DNA of 64,000 bases, taken from positions 1-64,000 of the forward strand of contig JAGVFW010000003.1 of NCBI GenBank assembly GCA_020057405.1, in the 5' to 3' direction. Under the pieces are notes generated by a model. That model ran no database searches. It was not told the DNA's origin and saw nothing but the letters and a program-made list of their open reading frames with translations. Positions 36,895 to 47,357 of this stretch are shown here, one piece after another (the stretch's first letter is position 1; every line of letters begins with the position of its first letter). Origin of the DNA: an archaeon. GTDB taxonomy: Archaea; Micrarchaeota; Micrarchaeia; Norongarragalinales; UBA97. Made by a program: the position numbers and the translations under genes.

Positions 36895-37992
36895 CTAATT
36901 CCTGGCGCCAATTTTCCCTAGTTTTACGCCGGTCTCAAGAATCACCGGAACTTGTTCTAGGGGCGTCGTCCTAAGCAGGGCGGTGATTATGCTCGTGGGG
37001 ATCGAATGCTTTCTCTCAAGCGATTGGACCCGCTTGAACTGCCGGACTTTTTCCTTGATAAGCTGTTTTCCGGAGAACGCCGAAATGCGTTCGTACCACG
37101 CTGCCACGGGTTCGTCCTTGCGTCGCACAAACCCGGGGTTGAGTGCAAACACGTGCTCGTGTTCTGAATAAAGCTCTGAAAGCTGGCCGTCAATCTCTTT
37201 TGCAAGCGATTCGATCGGGGGTTCCTGTCCGTTGGCGGTACCGTCCTTAAGCGTTTTTAGCGCTGCGATGCCGACGGCGAATTTTTCAGAGACATCTTTC
37301 GGCAATACGGCGACGGTGCCGCGATACGCCGGTCTTCTAGCCGGAAATGAAAGGAGGTTGAGGAAAACGTTGTAAGCTGACCAGCGGTTTACGTAATGCG
37401 CTGCAAGCTCCTCGCCAGGCGGTTGTTTCTCGCTTATCGCGTTTGACCACGCGTGCTCGAACTCGTGCCTGCGCGAGATTTTCGCGACCCCGCTGAAAAG
37501 GAATACGCGGGAAAAGTCCTCCAGGTTGAGGCCGTGGTCGGCAATCAGGCGCTTGAAGGCCGGGTGGAAAACCCGTTCCAGCGTCTCGCGGGCATAGTTT
37601 AACTCTCCGCCCCTCAAATCATCGCCAAACTCACGGTCTATGACTCGCTGGTCTATGACCATATTCTGGCCGTAAGGCGTAAACTCGGTTTCCCTGACTT
37701 TAAAGGATTTTACGCCGGGTACGTCTGCAAAAACCGGGATTCCCTGCTCATCGGCCCTCACAAGCGCCTTTACCGCCCGGATTATTCGGCCCACCCGGAG
37801 CGATTTCTTTATGGCCTGGCGCAGTTGGGGCCTTGATGGCTTGAGTCCGCTGGCGTTCAAGTCTTCAACCAGCGCCTTCATTACACGAAGAGTGGAAAAA
37901 TTGTCGTCAAAGCCGTGGGCCTCCACCTCGGCCCGCAGGACCGCTTCGGAAAATGCCTTCCTGAAAGCCTTGGCTGGACGCTCGATCGCCAT
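36895..37992 (-). CDS. Hypothetical protein with HExxH motif
   Basis: RRHEFEHAW followed by GEELAAH. Confidence 0.65.
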   Translation of the reverse strand: MAIERPAKAFRKAFSEAVLRAEVEAHGFDDNFSTLRVMKALVEDLNASGLKPSRPQLRQAIKKSLRVGRIIRAVKALVRADEQGIPVFADVPGVKSFKVRETEFTPYGQNMVIDQRVIDREFGDDLRGGELNYARETLERVFHPAFKRLIADHGLNLEDFSRVFLFSGVAKISRRHEFEHAWSNAISEKQPPGEELAAHYVNRWSAYNVFLNLLSFPARRPAYRGTVAVLPKDVSEKFAVGIAALKTLKDGTANGQEPPIESLAKEIDGQLSELYSEHEHVFALNPGFVRRKDEPVAAWYERISAFSGKQLIKEKVRQFKRVQSLERKHSIPTSIITALLRTTPLEQVPVILETGVKLGKIGARN

Positions 37993-38025
37993 GCAGATTA
38001 GTTGCCGCCCCCTGAAATAAAAAGC

Positions 38026-38814
38026 CTACCACTCTTTCTTGTGTCCCATCGTGTCGCGGTGGCACTTCCCGAATTCGGCTAGCTTTAGCGACTCGACGCC
38101 CGTAAATACCGGACCCTGCTTGCACACGAGGCCGCCCCCTGCGTCGCACTTGCCGCAAACGCCGATGCCGCACCCCATGTAGCGCTCGAGGGCGAGCTGC
38201 GATGGCAGGTCGTGCGCAAGGGCGACTTTTGCAACTGCTTCCATCATTTTCTCCGGCCCGCAGGCGTAGATGCAGTCAAACTTACTGCCGTCTGAAATTA
38301 GTTTTTCAGCCAACTCGTGCGGCCGGCCCTTGAACCCTGCGCTTCCGTCGTCGGTTGAGACGAACGCCTCGATGCCCATGCGCGTAAACTCGTTTTCGAA
38401 AATCGCGTCGTCTTTAGTGCGCGCGCCAATTACCATGACGGGCGTGATGCCGGCCGCAAGGCATTGTTCTGCAAGGAAGTTTAGTGCCGCAACTCCGTAG
38501 CCCCCGCCGACTAGCAGAACAGATTTGTATGATGGCTCGAGCCAGAACCCCTTGCCGAACGGCCCGCGAATGCTTAGCTTGTCGCCCGCCTTGAATGCAG
38601 CGAGCTTTTTCGAGAATGACCCGACTGCTGCAATGCTAAGACGCAGCGGAACGGCATTAACAATGCAAAACGGCTTTTCGTCCATTCCGGGAAGCCACAC
38701 CATCACAAACTGCCCTGGCTTTGCACCCGGCATGGAGCAGTCAAGCTCAAGAGTGTTGACGCGGTAATTTTCCTTGCGCACTGAAGTAATCGGGGCGGTA
38801 GTGTAGTAGGACAT
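38026..38814 (-). CDS. pyrK: Dihydroorotate dehydrogenase electron transfer subunit
   Basis: KPGQFVM, RGPFG, GGGYG, ACGP and MGCGIGVCGKC...VC motifs. Confidence 0.95.
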   Translation of the reverse strand: MSYYTTAPITSVRKENYRVNTLELDCSMPGAKPGQFVMVWLPGMDEKPFCIVNAVPLRLSIAAVGSFSKKLAAFKAGDKLSIRGPFGKGFWLEPSYKSVLLVGGGYGVAALNFLAEQCLAAGITPVMVIGARTKDDAIFENEFTRMGIEAFVSTDDGSAGFKGRPHELAEKLISDGSKFDCIYACGPEKMMEAVAKVALAHDLPSQLALERYMGCGIGVCGKCDAGGGLVCKQGPVFTGVESLKLAEFGKCHRDTMGHKKEW

Positions 38815-38820
38815 AGCGGC

Positions 38821-39768
38821 TCACTCGTGCGCCTTTGAAATCAGCTGCTTGGCCGAATTGTAGCCGTTTGCGTCCATCCAGGCGGTCATTTCGCTGCACA
38901 CTTGATTGAATACAGTCAGCTCACGGTAGAAGGCCGCAGTGCCGATGCCAACTGCACTGGCGCCAGCCATCATCATTTCAATGGCATCCTCGCCGGAGAA
39001 AACGCCGCCGGTGCCGATGATTGCGGTGTCAGGAAGTGCCGCGCGGATGCGGTAGACGCACTTGATTGCAAGCGGCTTTAGGGCAGGGCCCGAGAGGCCG
39101 CCGTACTTGTTGGCAAGAATTGGCTTGGCGCGGTTAATGTCAATCGCCATTCCTGGACCGGCGGTGTTCACTGCAGTGATGCCACCAGCGCCCGACTCGA
39201 CGCACGCCCTTGCGATGAGCTCGATTGCGGGCACGTCGGGAGAGAGTTTTGCAAAAATGGGAATCGATTTGGGCACGCGGCTTGCAGCTTCCTCAACTGC
39301 CTTCGCGGAGGCCTTCTCGCTTAGGCAAAAGAGTCCGCCGAACTCGTCCTCTACGTTCGGGCAGCTCATGTCAAGCTCGATTGCGTCGGGTGCGGCTTTT
39401 GAAATAAGCTCGGCGGCGAGGCCGAACTCCTCGGCTGTTGAGGCAAACACGCTTGCGATAATCGGGGTTTTGGTGAGGCGCTTGTACTCTGCAATCTCGG
39501 CGGCCTTTTCCTCGACTCCGGGGTTGCTTAGCCCAACCGCGTTGAGAAACCAGCCTTTTGAGAGAGCGTCGACGACAATGGGATTCGCGTGGCCCTTTCT
39601 TTCCTTGACGCTTGCGCTCTTGCTCGTGATTGCGCCAGCCCCGCCCTCGTTAGCGACTTTCGCCATAAGTTGTGCGGTCGTGCCAAGGATGCCGCTTGCC
39701 AGGACAGTAGGGTTGGAAAGTTGCATGCCAGCAAGCTGCACTTTTAGGTCAACGGTCATCAATGCCAC
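38821..39768 (-). CDS. pyrD: Dihydroorotate dehydrogenase (class 1B)
   Basis: LNAVGLSNPG, SCPNV, KLSPD and GGLSG motifs. Confidence 0.96.
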   Translation of the reverse strand: MALMTVDLKVQLAGMQLSNPTVLASGILGTTAQLMAKVANEGGAGAITSKSASVKERKGHANPIVVDALSKGWFLNAVGLSNPGVEEKAAEIAEYKRLTKTPIIASVFASTAEEFGLAAELISKAAPDAIELDMSCPNVEDEFGGLFCLSEKASAKAVEEAASRVPKSIPIFAKLSPDVPAIELIARACVESGAGGITAVNTAGPGMAIDINRAKPILANKYGGLSGPALKPLAIKCVYRIRAALPDTAIIGTGGVFSGEDAIEMMMAGASAVGIGTAAFYRELTVFNQVCSEMTAWMDANGYNSAKQLISKAHE

Positions 39769-39837
39769 CGGACTACCCTAGGTTGCCCAAAGCTTTTATT
39801 TGCTAGTAAGCTGTGCTATACTTAGACCAGATAACCC

Positions 39838-41328
39838 ATGGCGCTTCTCTTTGACTACTCAAAAAAACCTGCAAGCGCGCTTTTCATCGCGCACTCGGCA
39901 AGCCCTGACTTTGCCGGGGCAAAGGCCCGCTTTGATGCACTGCACGCCCTTTCCGCAAGCGGCGGCACGCAAGTCAACGCAAGGTTCCTGACTGGATTTA
40001 GCGGCCTCGTGCCGCAGTGGGCCGGCGGGACTTCCCAAAACAAGCTGCTAAGCGCGCTAGCCGGCCTGCCAGTCTACGCCAACCACAATGGCGTGCTCCT
40101 TGCGTCAATCGGCGCAGCCGATGCCGGGGAAGTGGCGCAATACCTGGCGCAAGGGACGACAACAGGTGAGCCTCAATCAACTGGCGAACGGGCTGAACTG
40201 TCCGGCCGGGAAAGCCACGCGCTTTACTCTGCCGCAAGGGCGCTAGTCAAGTCTGCAGGCTTTCAAACAGTAGTGTGCGAGGGGTGGCCGTCTTTTGAGG
40301 CGGGCCTGCGGCTGAAAAAAGAACTTGGGATAAAAGCAATCTTCTCTTTCCACGGCGCCTCAGCCGACAGGTCAGTGCAGGGGCAGGAGCGCGCTGCAGT
40401 CGAGGCAGGCGACGCGCTGCTTTTCTCGCAAACAGGAGCCCTTGAGTCGGTGTTAGAGAGGCACCGGAGTTCGGGCAAAACGACTTCAATTTCAAGGCAC
40501 GCCGGGGCGCTTGCGCAAATGACCCTCGCGCTCAATCTTTCAAGCGAGAAGGCTGTCCTCGAGCGGGTCGTCTCAAGCCTCGGCGCCTCCGTTGAGGAAA
40601 AACGCAGTGCGATAGCGCTTGTCAAGCAGGCCGGCCACGCGCTCGAACTATTGGGGGCCAACCGCGGCGTGTTCCACTTGCGCACGCCGACCATAGCGCT
40701 TTTGCCCCACGGCCTCACGCACAACTACATACCCTCGGCGGGACCTGGCGACTTTGCTTTTGCGCGAAAGAAAATGGAGTCGCTTAGTGCAGCAAGCGGC
40801 AGGAAACTCTCAGGCAAGCGGCTGATTTACGCGCACGCGCGTGACGCTGTTGACGGCATAAAAATGCTTGAGACGCTTGCGGCTTTACCGTCAGACGTCG
40901 CGATGGCAATCCACTCGGACTCGGCGTGGGATTTTGCAGGCAATGCCAAACGCTTGGGGGTTGAGGAGCGGGCGGCGCGCATTGAGCAGGCAGGCGAACT
41001 TGAAATGCTGGCTTGCGAGGCCCTCGCGCTTCCAAGCCCTACGCCATCCGTGCTCTCAAGCGCGCTTCGCGCCTGTCGCATGGCGCAAATGGCGGGGTTG
41101 GCAGGACCAGTGCTTCTGTTGGGTGACAATCCCGTCCACTCGCTTTCGGAAAATGTCCTGCTAAGCCGCTCCCAGACTAGTGCGCAACGCGCCTACCTCA
41201 TTGCAAGTGCAATGGAAGACCGTGCGCTAAATGAGAAGCTGAAGATGTCTGCCCTCGCGGTTGCTGGAAGGGAATGGACCGGCAGGGCAAGCAGCCAAGA
41301 GCTCGCGGCGTTCATTGCGGGCGTTTAG
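39838..41328 (+). CDS. Divergent glycosyltransferase (GT-B/GT4)-like protein
   Basis: VVCEGWPSFEAGLRLKKELGIKAIFSFHG resembles the GT4 N-domain; the C-domain motifs are degenerate. Confidence 0.5.
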   Translation: MALLFDYSKKPASALFIAHSASPDFAGAKARFDALHALSASGGTQVNARFLTGFSGLVPQWAGGTSQNKLLSALAGLPVYANHNGVLLASIGAADAGEVAQYLAQGTTTGEPQSTGERAELSGRESHALYSAARALVKSAGFQTVVCEGWPSFEAGLRLKKELGIKAIFSFHGASADRSVQGQERAAVEAGDALLFSQTGALESVLERHRSSGKTTSISRHAGALAQMTLALNLSSEKAVLERVVSSLGASVEEKRSAIALVKQAGHALELLGANRGVFHLRTPTIALLPHGLTHNYIPSAGPGDFAFARKKMESLSAASGRKLSGKRLIYAHARDAVDGIKMLETLAALPSDVAMAIHSDSAWDFAGNAKRLGVEERAARIEQAGELEMLACEALALPSPTPSVLSSALRACRMAQMAGLAGPVLLLGDNPVHSLSENVLLSRSQTSAQRAYLIASAMEDRALNEKLKMSALAVAGREWTGRASSQELAAFIAGV

Positions 41329-41377
41329 CGGCCCTCGGGAGAGCTAGGTAATTGTAGTGCCTAACTTTAGCAATTGC

Positions 41378-41932
41378 TTAGCCCTGAGCGTGGGCAGGCG
41401 AGGCGAGTTCGGCCGCGTGGTAGAGGCGCTCGCAGTAGGCGCACCTTAGTTTGAGCGGGTTTCTTTCTTCGACTCTAAAGATGCTCTTGCCTTCGGCGTT
41501 GGTGACGCACTTGTTGTTCGGGCAGCGGACGACGTCTTTTACCTCGTCGGCCACGCTGACGCGGTATTTCTCAACTACCTTGAAGCCCTTGATGACGTTG
41601 ACAGTCGAGTGTGGTGCCAGAAGAGCAGCGCGATCGAGTTCGGTCTTGCCAAGAGCTTTCCCTTCAATCTTGACTAGGTCTTTAAGACCGTGCCTCGAGC
41701 TTGGTGACTTCATCAAAATGCTTACGGTGCCGGGAAATTCGGCAGTGACTCCAAGAGCGTCAAGCACTTTTAGTGCGCTGCCGGGGGGCAGGTGGTCAAG
41801 CACAATGCCATTCTCGATTTTGTTGACGCGCAACTGCTCGTCGTCCGCACCGTGGACGGCCTTGCCTTCAGTTTGGGGCTTGGTCTTGCCTTCGGCTTGC
41901 GGTTGGTGCTTGTCATCGTGCTTTTCAGTCAC
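41378..41932 (-). CDS. pyrI: Aspartate carbamoyltransferase regulatory subunit
   Basis: IENGIVLDHL, KDLVKIEG and CPNNKC...CAYCE motifs. Confidence 0.96.
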   Translation of the reverse strand: MTEKHDDKHQPQAEGKTKPQTEGKAVHGADDEQLRVNKIENGIVLDHLPPGSALKVLDALGVTAEFPGTVSILMKSPSSRHGLKDLVKIEGKALGKTELDRAALLAPHSTVNVIKGFKVVEKYRVSVADEVKDVVRCPNNKCVTNAEGKSIFRVEERNPLKLRCAYCERLYHAAELASPAHAQG

Positions 41933-41937
41933 TTAAT

Positions 41938-42855
41938 TCACCCTTTTCTTGAAAGAATCTTGTTGAGAACTGCCATGCGAACGCAAATGCCGTTTGCCTC
42001 CTGCCTGAAGTAGGCGGCGCGCGGGTCGGCGTCGACTTCCTCAGCGATTTCGCCAACGCGGGGGAACGGGTGCATGAGAATTGCGTCGGTCTTCATTGTC
42101 GCCAGTTCATCAGTGCCAATGTGGTAAGAATACTTGCGGTATTCTTCCGGATCGGCAAAGCGCTCTTTTTGGATGCGCGTGGCGTAAACCACGTCGGCCT
42201 GTGAGAGGTCGAATGACGAGAGTTCGCGCATCTTGATTTGCCCGCGCAATTCATTCGTAATCTGTTCGGGCATTCGAAGCGCGGGGGGGCTGTGGAAGAG
42301 GAGTTCGACGTCATCGAATTGGGAAAGCGCATAAGCAAGGCTGTGTACCGTCCGGCCGTACTTGAGGTCACCCAACATCAGGATTTTCAGGCCATCGATA
42401 GTGCCTTTCTCTTTTCGGATTGTGTAGAGGTCAAGGAGCGCTTGAGTCGGATGCTGGTTGGCACCGTCGCCCGCGTTGATTACCGGCGCTTCGGAGACAT
42501 TTGCCGCAGCCTGGGCAGCGCCCTCCAAGGGATGGCGGATGACGATGCAATCCGCGCAAGCGTCAATCACTTTTATTGTGTCGCTTAGTGTCTCGCCCTT
42601 TACCGTACTCGTTACAGAATCATCGCCAAAGCCGATGCGGCGCGCGCCTAAGCGCATGGCCGCAGTCTGGAAAGAAAACCGCGTGCGCGTGCTTGGCTCG
42701 AAAAAGAGCGTTGCAACGACTTTCCCCTTCAAAGTATCGGTCGAGCGCTTTTCGCGCGCAATTGAGGAAAAGGAGTCTGCCTCTCGCAGGATTTCCTCGA
42801 TGTCGTCGCGGCCTAGGCCCCTTGCAGTCACCAAGTCGCGTCCGAACCAAGTCAA
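41938..42855 (-). CDS. pyrB: Aspartate carbamoyltransferase catalytic subunit
   Basis: FFEPSTRT, HPTQ, GDLKYGRTVHS and TRIQKER motifs. Confidence 0.98.
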   Translation of the reverse strand: MTWFGRDLVTARGLGRDDIEEILREADSFSSIAREKRSTDTLKGKVVATLFFEPSTRTRFSFQTAAMRLGARRIGFGDDSVTSTVKGETLSDTIKVIDACADCIVIRHPLEGAAQAAANVSEAPVINAGDGANQHPTQALLDLYTIRKEKGTIDGLKILMLGDLKYGRTVHSLAYALSQFDDVELLFHSPPALRMPEQITNELRGQIKMRELSSFDLSQADVVYATRIQKERFADPEEYRKYSYHIGTDELATMKTDAILMHPFPRVGEIAEEVDADPRAAYFRQEANGICVRMAVLNKILSRKG

Positions 42856-45800
42856 GCCTTACCCACCCCCGCAATATCATTAAGTGAATGGAGAGGAAGT
42901 TCTTCAGCCTTTCGGCCCGAGAGAACGGAGACGCTCTCTGCCATGGCAATTGCGGCAAAGGCGCTAGTGACGCAGTGCACGCCCTTGGCAACAGCTGCCA
43001 GGCGGGCAGAAGCGCCACTCCGCGAGTCAACCCCGCTGACAAGCAGGGAGGCGGGGTTGCCTGCCGCGAGGAATTCGGCTGCCTCTTTGGTTGTTGCAAA
43101 CGACTTGACCGCAACTCCGGCGGACTTGAACTTTTCTGCAATGACTTTAGTCCACTTGCCGCAGTCGCAAAGCACGACCGTTCCCCCAAGGGAAACGCCA
43201 GAGGCAAGAAGCGCCTTTAGGTACGCTTCCTCGAAAGTGGCGGCAACGCCCATGGTCTCGCCAGTGCTCTTCATTTCGGCACCTAGTTTGGGGTCAAGGG
43301 CGGAAAAGCGGCTGAATGGGAAGACGGGAACCTTGACTGCAGGCATACCCGTCTTGAGTTCAGCAGGCAGGCCAAGCGCGTCAAGCGTCATTCCTTGCGC
43401 CTGGATGCGCGCTGCGAGCTTGGCCACCTGCACGCCGGTTGCCTTGCTTACGAAGGGAACCGTGCGCGAGGCACGGGGATTGAGCTCAAGGACAGTAACT
43501 TCATCGCCCTTGACTACCATCTGAATGTTTGCGAGGCCGACAATGTTCAGAGTCGATGCAAGCTTCTGGGAATAATCGCGCACTGTCGCGAGCGCCTTTT
43601 GCGTCAGGCGGCGCGTTGGCAGGCAACAGGCTGAATCGCCGCTGTGGATGCCGGCCTCCTCGATTTGTTCCATGATGCCGACGATGCACGCGCGCTTGCC
43701 ATCAGCGATAAAGTCAATGTCAAGCTCGATGCCATCCTGCACAAAGTGGTCAATTGCAACGGGCTTGCCTCGGGAAACTTCGATTGCCTCGTCAATTCTT
43801 GCGAGGAGCTCTTTTTCGTTGGCAACCACTTCCATTGCACGGCCGCCCAAAACGTAGGAGGGGCGCAGGAGAAGCGGGTAGCCAACGTAGCCTGCAACCT
43901 CGACTGCTTCCTCGCGAGTGTAGGCAACGCCGCTCTGCACTAGGGGAATGCCTAACTTGCGCATGATGGAGTTGAACTTCTTTCTGTCCTGTGACAAGTC
44001 AATTGAATTGACGGTGGTGCCCAGTATCTTCACACCTGCTGCCTCAAGTGGACCAGCGAGGTTGACTGCAGTCTGACCGCCGAACTGCACAATAACTCCC
44101 GCAAACTCTTTTCCTTGCCGCTTGCAAGCCTCCTCTTCGACGCGAACTACTGCGAGCACGTCGTCGGGCGTGAGGGGCTCGAAGTAAAGCTTGTCGCTAA
44201 CGTCAAAGTCAGTGCTCACTGTCTCGGGGTTGTTGTTGATGACGACAGTCTCAAAGCCCGCCTCGCGCAGCGCCTGGACGGCGTGCACCGTGCAGTAGTC
44301 GAACTCGATTCCCTGGCCCATGCGGATGGGGCCGCCGCCGAGAATGATGACCTTCTTGCCGCCCTTGGAGACTGGGGCGGAGGGCGACTCGTCCTCTGGC
44401 TCGTAAGTGCTGTAAAAGTAGGGCGTGACTGCCTCGTATTCGCCCGCGCAGGTGTCAACCATCTTGAAGACGGGCCTTAGGCCTGCCTTTTCCCGCGCTG
44501 CACGCACTTGTTCGGGGTGCCGGCCTCCGCTGTAGGCTCCGATTTTCTTGTCGCTGAAGCCCAGGCGCTTGAGGTGCAGCAAATCCGCGGGGTTGTTGAA
44601 GTCAAGGCTGCCTGAAATCATTGCCTTTTCCGCCATTGCGATGTTGCGGATTTTTTCTAAAAACCACGCGTTGATTGAAGTGGCTGAGGCGAGCTCTGCG
44701 ACAGTCGCGCCATCGCGCAAGAGCTGCTTGAGCTTGAAGAGGCGCAGTTCAGTTGGCTCAAGGGATTCCAGTCGCTTGGCCTGTTCCTCGTAGCCCGGGC
44801 GCAACTCGAGGGAACGGATGGCTTTCATGAGGGACTCTTCGAAAGTGCGGCCAATTGCCATAGTCTCGCCAGTGCTCTTCATGCCAGTGCCCAGGTTTTC
44901 CTTGAGCCGCAGCTTATCGAACGGCCAGCGCGGGATTTTGAGCACAACGTAATCGATTGCTGGCTCAAAGCACGCGGTCTTGCCGGTTACTCGGTTCTCG
45001 ATTTCTGGAAGCGTGTAGCCTGCGGCGATTTTTGCGGCAACGCGGGCGATTGGGTAGCCAGTTGCCTTGCTTGCCAGGGCGCTTGAGCGGGAAGCGCGGG
45101 GGTTGACTTCGATGATGTAGTAGTTGCCGTTTGACTGGTCGAGTGCGAACTGGATGTTGCAGGCGCCCTCGACCTTGAGTGCGCGGATAATCTTGATTGC
45201 CGAAGTTCGGAGCTTCTGGTGGTCGTCGTCGGAGAGAGTTTGCGCAGGTGCCACGACAATGCTTTCGCCAGTGTGCACGCCAATTGGGTCAATGTTTTCC
45301 ATGTTGCAGATGGTGATGCAGTTGTCTGCCGAATCGCGGATGACTTCGTACTCGATTTCAGCCATTCCCTTGACGCTGCGCTCGACTAGCGCGCTATTGG
45401 TGGCGCTTGCGGTGAGGCTGACTTGGATGAGGCCGATCATTTCCGCTTCATTGGCGACAATGCCGCTTCCTGTGCCGCCAAGGCAGTAGTCTGCGCGCAC
45501 GATGACGGGGTAGCCAATGCCTTTTGCGGCCCCTAGTGCTTCCTCGACTGTGCGAACGCGCTTGGATGCCGGGATTGGCTCGTCGATTTTCTGGATGAGT
45601 TCCTTGAACTGTTCGCGGTCCTCTGCAAGCTCGATTGATTCGATGCTGGTGCCGAGCACTGCAACGCCGTGCTTCTTGAAGACTTCACGCAACTGCACTG
45701 CCAGGTTTAGGCCCGTCTGGCCCGCCATTGTCGCAAGCACGCCATCGGGCTTCTCGCGCTCGATGATGCGCTCAAGGACTTTAGCGTGAAGTGGCTCGAC

Positions 45801-46022
45801 GTAAACGATGTCTGCAGTGTCAAGGTCAGTCTGGATTGTGGCAGGGTTGCTGTTCACTAGCACTACCTTGATGCCTTCCTCCCTCAGGGCGAGGCAAGCT
45901 TGCGTGCCGCTATAATCAAACTCGGCCGCTTGTCCAATAACTATAGGACCGCTGCCGATTAGCAGCACTTTCGATAGACCTTGTTTCTTTGGCAATTTCT
46001 TCAAACCCACCAGAGTAATCAA
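42852..46022 (-). CDS. carB: Carbamoyl-phosphate synthase large subunit
   Basis: GSGPIVIGQAAEFDYSG, two ATP-grasp halves and EMKSTGE. Confidence 0.98.
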   Translation of the reverse strand: MITLVGLKKLPKKQGLSKVLLIGSGPIVIGQAAEFDYSGTQACLALREEGIKVVLVNSNPATIQTDLDTADIVYVEPLHAKVLERIIEREKPDGVLATMAGQTGLNLAVQLREVFKKHGVAVLGTSIESIELAEDREQFKELIQKIDEPIPASKRVRTVEEALGAAKGIGYPVIVRADYCLGGTGSGIVANEAEMIGLIQVSLTASATNSALVERSVKGMAEIEYEVIRDSADNCITICNMENIDPIGVHTGESIVVAPAQTLSDDDHQKLRTSAIKIIRALKVEGACNIQFALDQSNGNYYIIEVNPRASRSSALASKATGYPIARVAAKIAAGYTLPEIENRVTGKTACFEPAIDYVVLKIPRWPFDKLRLKENLGTGMKSTGETMAIGRTFEESLMKAIRSLELRPGYEEQAKRLESLEPTELRLFKLKQLLRDGATVAELASATSINAWFLEKIRNIAMAEKAMISGSLDFNNPADLLHLKRLGFSDKKIGAYSGGRHPEQVRAAREKAGLRPVFKMVDTCAGEYEAVTPYFYSTYEPEDESPSAPVSKGGKKVIILGGGPIRMGQGIEFDYCTVHAVQALREAGFETVVINNNPETVSTDFDVSDKLYFEPLTPDDVLAVVRVEEEACKRQGKEFAGVIVQFGGQTAVNLAGPLEAAGVKILGTTVNSIDLSQDRKKFNSIMRKLGIPLVQSGVAYTREEAVEVAGYVGYPLLLRPSYVLGGRAMEVVANEKELLARIDEAIEVSRGKPVAIDHFVQDGIELDIDFIADGKRACIVGIMEQIEEAGIHSGDSACCLPTRRLTQKALATVRDYSQKLASTLNIVGLANIQMVVKGDEVTVLELNPRASRTVPFVSKATGVQVAKLAARIQAQGMTLDALGLPAELKTGMPAVKVPVFPFSRFSALDPKLGAEMKSTGETMGVAATFEEAYLKALLASGVSLGGTVVLCDCGKWTKVIAEKFKSAGVAVKSFATTKEAAEFLAAGNPASLLVSGVDSRSGASARLAAVAKGVHCVTSAFAAIAMAESVSVLSGRKAEELPLHSLNDIAGVGKA

Positions 46023-46027
46023 ATAAC

Positions 46028-47128
46028 TTAATCTAGCATTTTTGCAAATTCATCGAACAGGTAACGGTTATCGTACGGCCCGGGGTTCGCCTCGGGGTGG
46101 TACTGGACGCTGAAAATGGGGAGTTCCTTGTGGCGCAAGCCCTCGTTAGTGCCATCATTGGCATTGACGAACAATTCTGAGACTGTTTTTGGCAAGTCCT
46201 TGACTGCGTAACCGTGGTTTTGCGAAGTGATGAACGCTTTTCCAGACTCAACGTTGAGAACTGGCTGGTTTGAGCCCCTGTGGCCGAACTTTAGCTTGAA
46301 CGTTTTTGCACCAAGGGTGTGTGCGAGAAGCTGGTGACCCAAGCAAATGCCGAAAATGGGCAGCTTGCCTGCAAGATTCTTGAGCGTATCGATTGTGTAA
46401 GTAGCCGTTGCGGGATCGCCTGGTCCGTTGCTTACCATCAGACCAGCGGGCTCAAGGGCCATAATCTCCTTTGCAGTAGTCTTTGGCGGAACGACAACCA
46501 CGCGGAAGCCGCGCTTGACTAGCTCGCGGGCGATGCTGCCCTTGGCGCCGACGTCGATGAGGACGACGGTCTTGGCACCCGCTTCGTTAAACACTTGGTT
46601 AGTCTTGGTGGCAACTGCCAGGACATAGTCGTTTGCGCCATAGTCAAACGCCTTGGCTTTCTTTAGGGCGGAAGCGATGACGGCCTCGCGCTCGGATTCG
46701 TCGTTTAGCTGGACTAGCGCGCTTGGCATGACGCCAGCTGAGCGGACTTTGCGTACAATGGCACGCGTGTCAACGCCTGAAATGCCGGGAACGCCGGATT
46801 GCTCTAGGAATTCGTCTAGCGAACGCCTGCTTTGGTAGTGAGTTGGCAGGTTGCAGGCTTCCCGCACGATTGCTGCTGAGGGCTGGACTTTGGAGCTCTC
46901 GAAGGCTTCCTCGCTTATGCCGTAATTGCCGATTAGGGGGTAGCAGAAGGTCAAAAGCTGGCCCGCGTAGCTCGGGTCAGTGAGCGCTTCCTGGTAGCCG
47001 GTCATCGAAGTGTTGAATACAAGCTCGCCAACAGCGTCGACTTTGGCGCCAATGGAGTGTCCTTCAAAAATAGAGCCGTCCGAAAGAACAAGGAGGGCCG
47101 TTTTCCCCCTACCGGCATGGACCAACAT
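46028..47128 (-). CDS. carA: Carbamoyl-phosphate synthase small subunit
   Basis: FNTSMTGYQE, SNGPGDP, GICLGHQ and QYHPE motifs. Confidence 0.98.
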   Translation of the reverse strand: MLVHAGRGKTALLVLSDGSIFEGHSIGAKVDAVGELVFNTSMTGYQEALTDPSYAGQLLTFCYPLIGNYGISEEAFESSKVQPSAAIVREACNLPTHYQSRRSLDEFLEQSGVPGISGVDTRAIVRKVRSAGVMPSALVQLNDESEREAVIASALKKAKAFDYGANDYVLAVATKTNQVFNEAGAKTVVLIDVGAKGSIARELVKRGFRVVVVPPKTTAKEIMALEPAGLMVSNGPGDPATATYTIDTLKNLAGKLPIFGICLGHQLLAHTLGAKTFKLKFGHRGSNQPVLNVESGKAFITSQNHGYAVKDLPKTVSELFVNANDGTNEGLRHKELPIFSVQYHPEANPGPYDNRYLFDEFAKMLD

Positions 47129-47281
47129 AAGCTATCGAAAAATATACTTCCCAAGTTCAAGTTAAAAAGGGTTTGTAATGGGCCTCACCTGATTGCGGGC
47201 TTAGGCCAAGTCATATGAAGCCGTCAAGCGTGAACCGCCTATACCTTAATTAAGTAATAGCGTGTAAGAAACTACATAGGG

Positions 47282-47357
47282 AGTGAACTTGACTGCCAAA
47301 AGCTGTCAATTACACCGGGGAAGTGAACACAAATGCCAAAAGCTGTCAATTATACCG
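47282..47357 (+). repeat. 40-bp-period imperfect tandem duplication spanning the start codon of ORF 47333
   Basis: AGTGAAC-N5-TGCCAAAAGCTGTCAATTAYACCG at 47282 and 47322. Confidence 0.85.
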
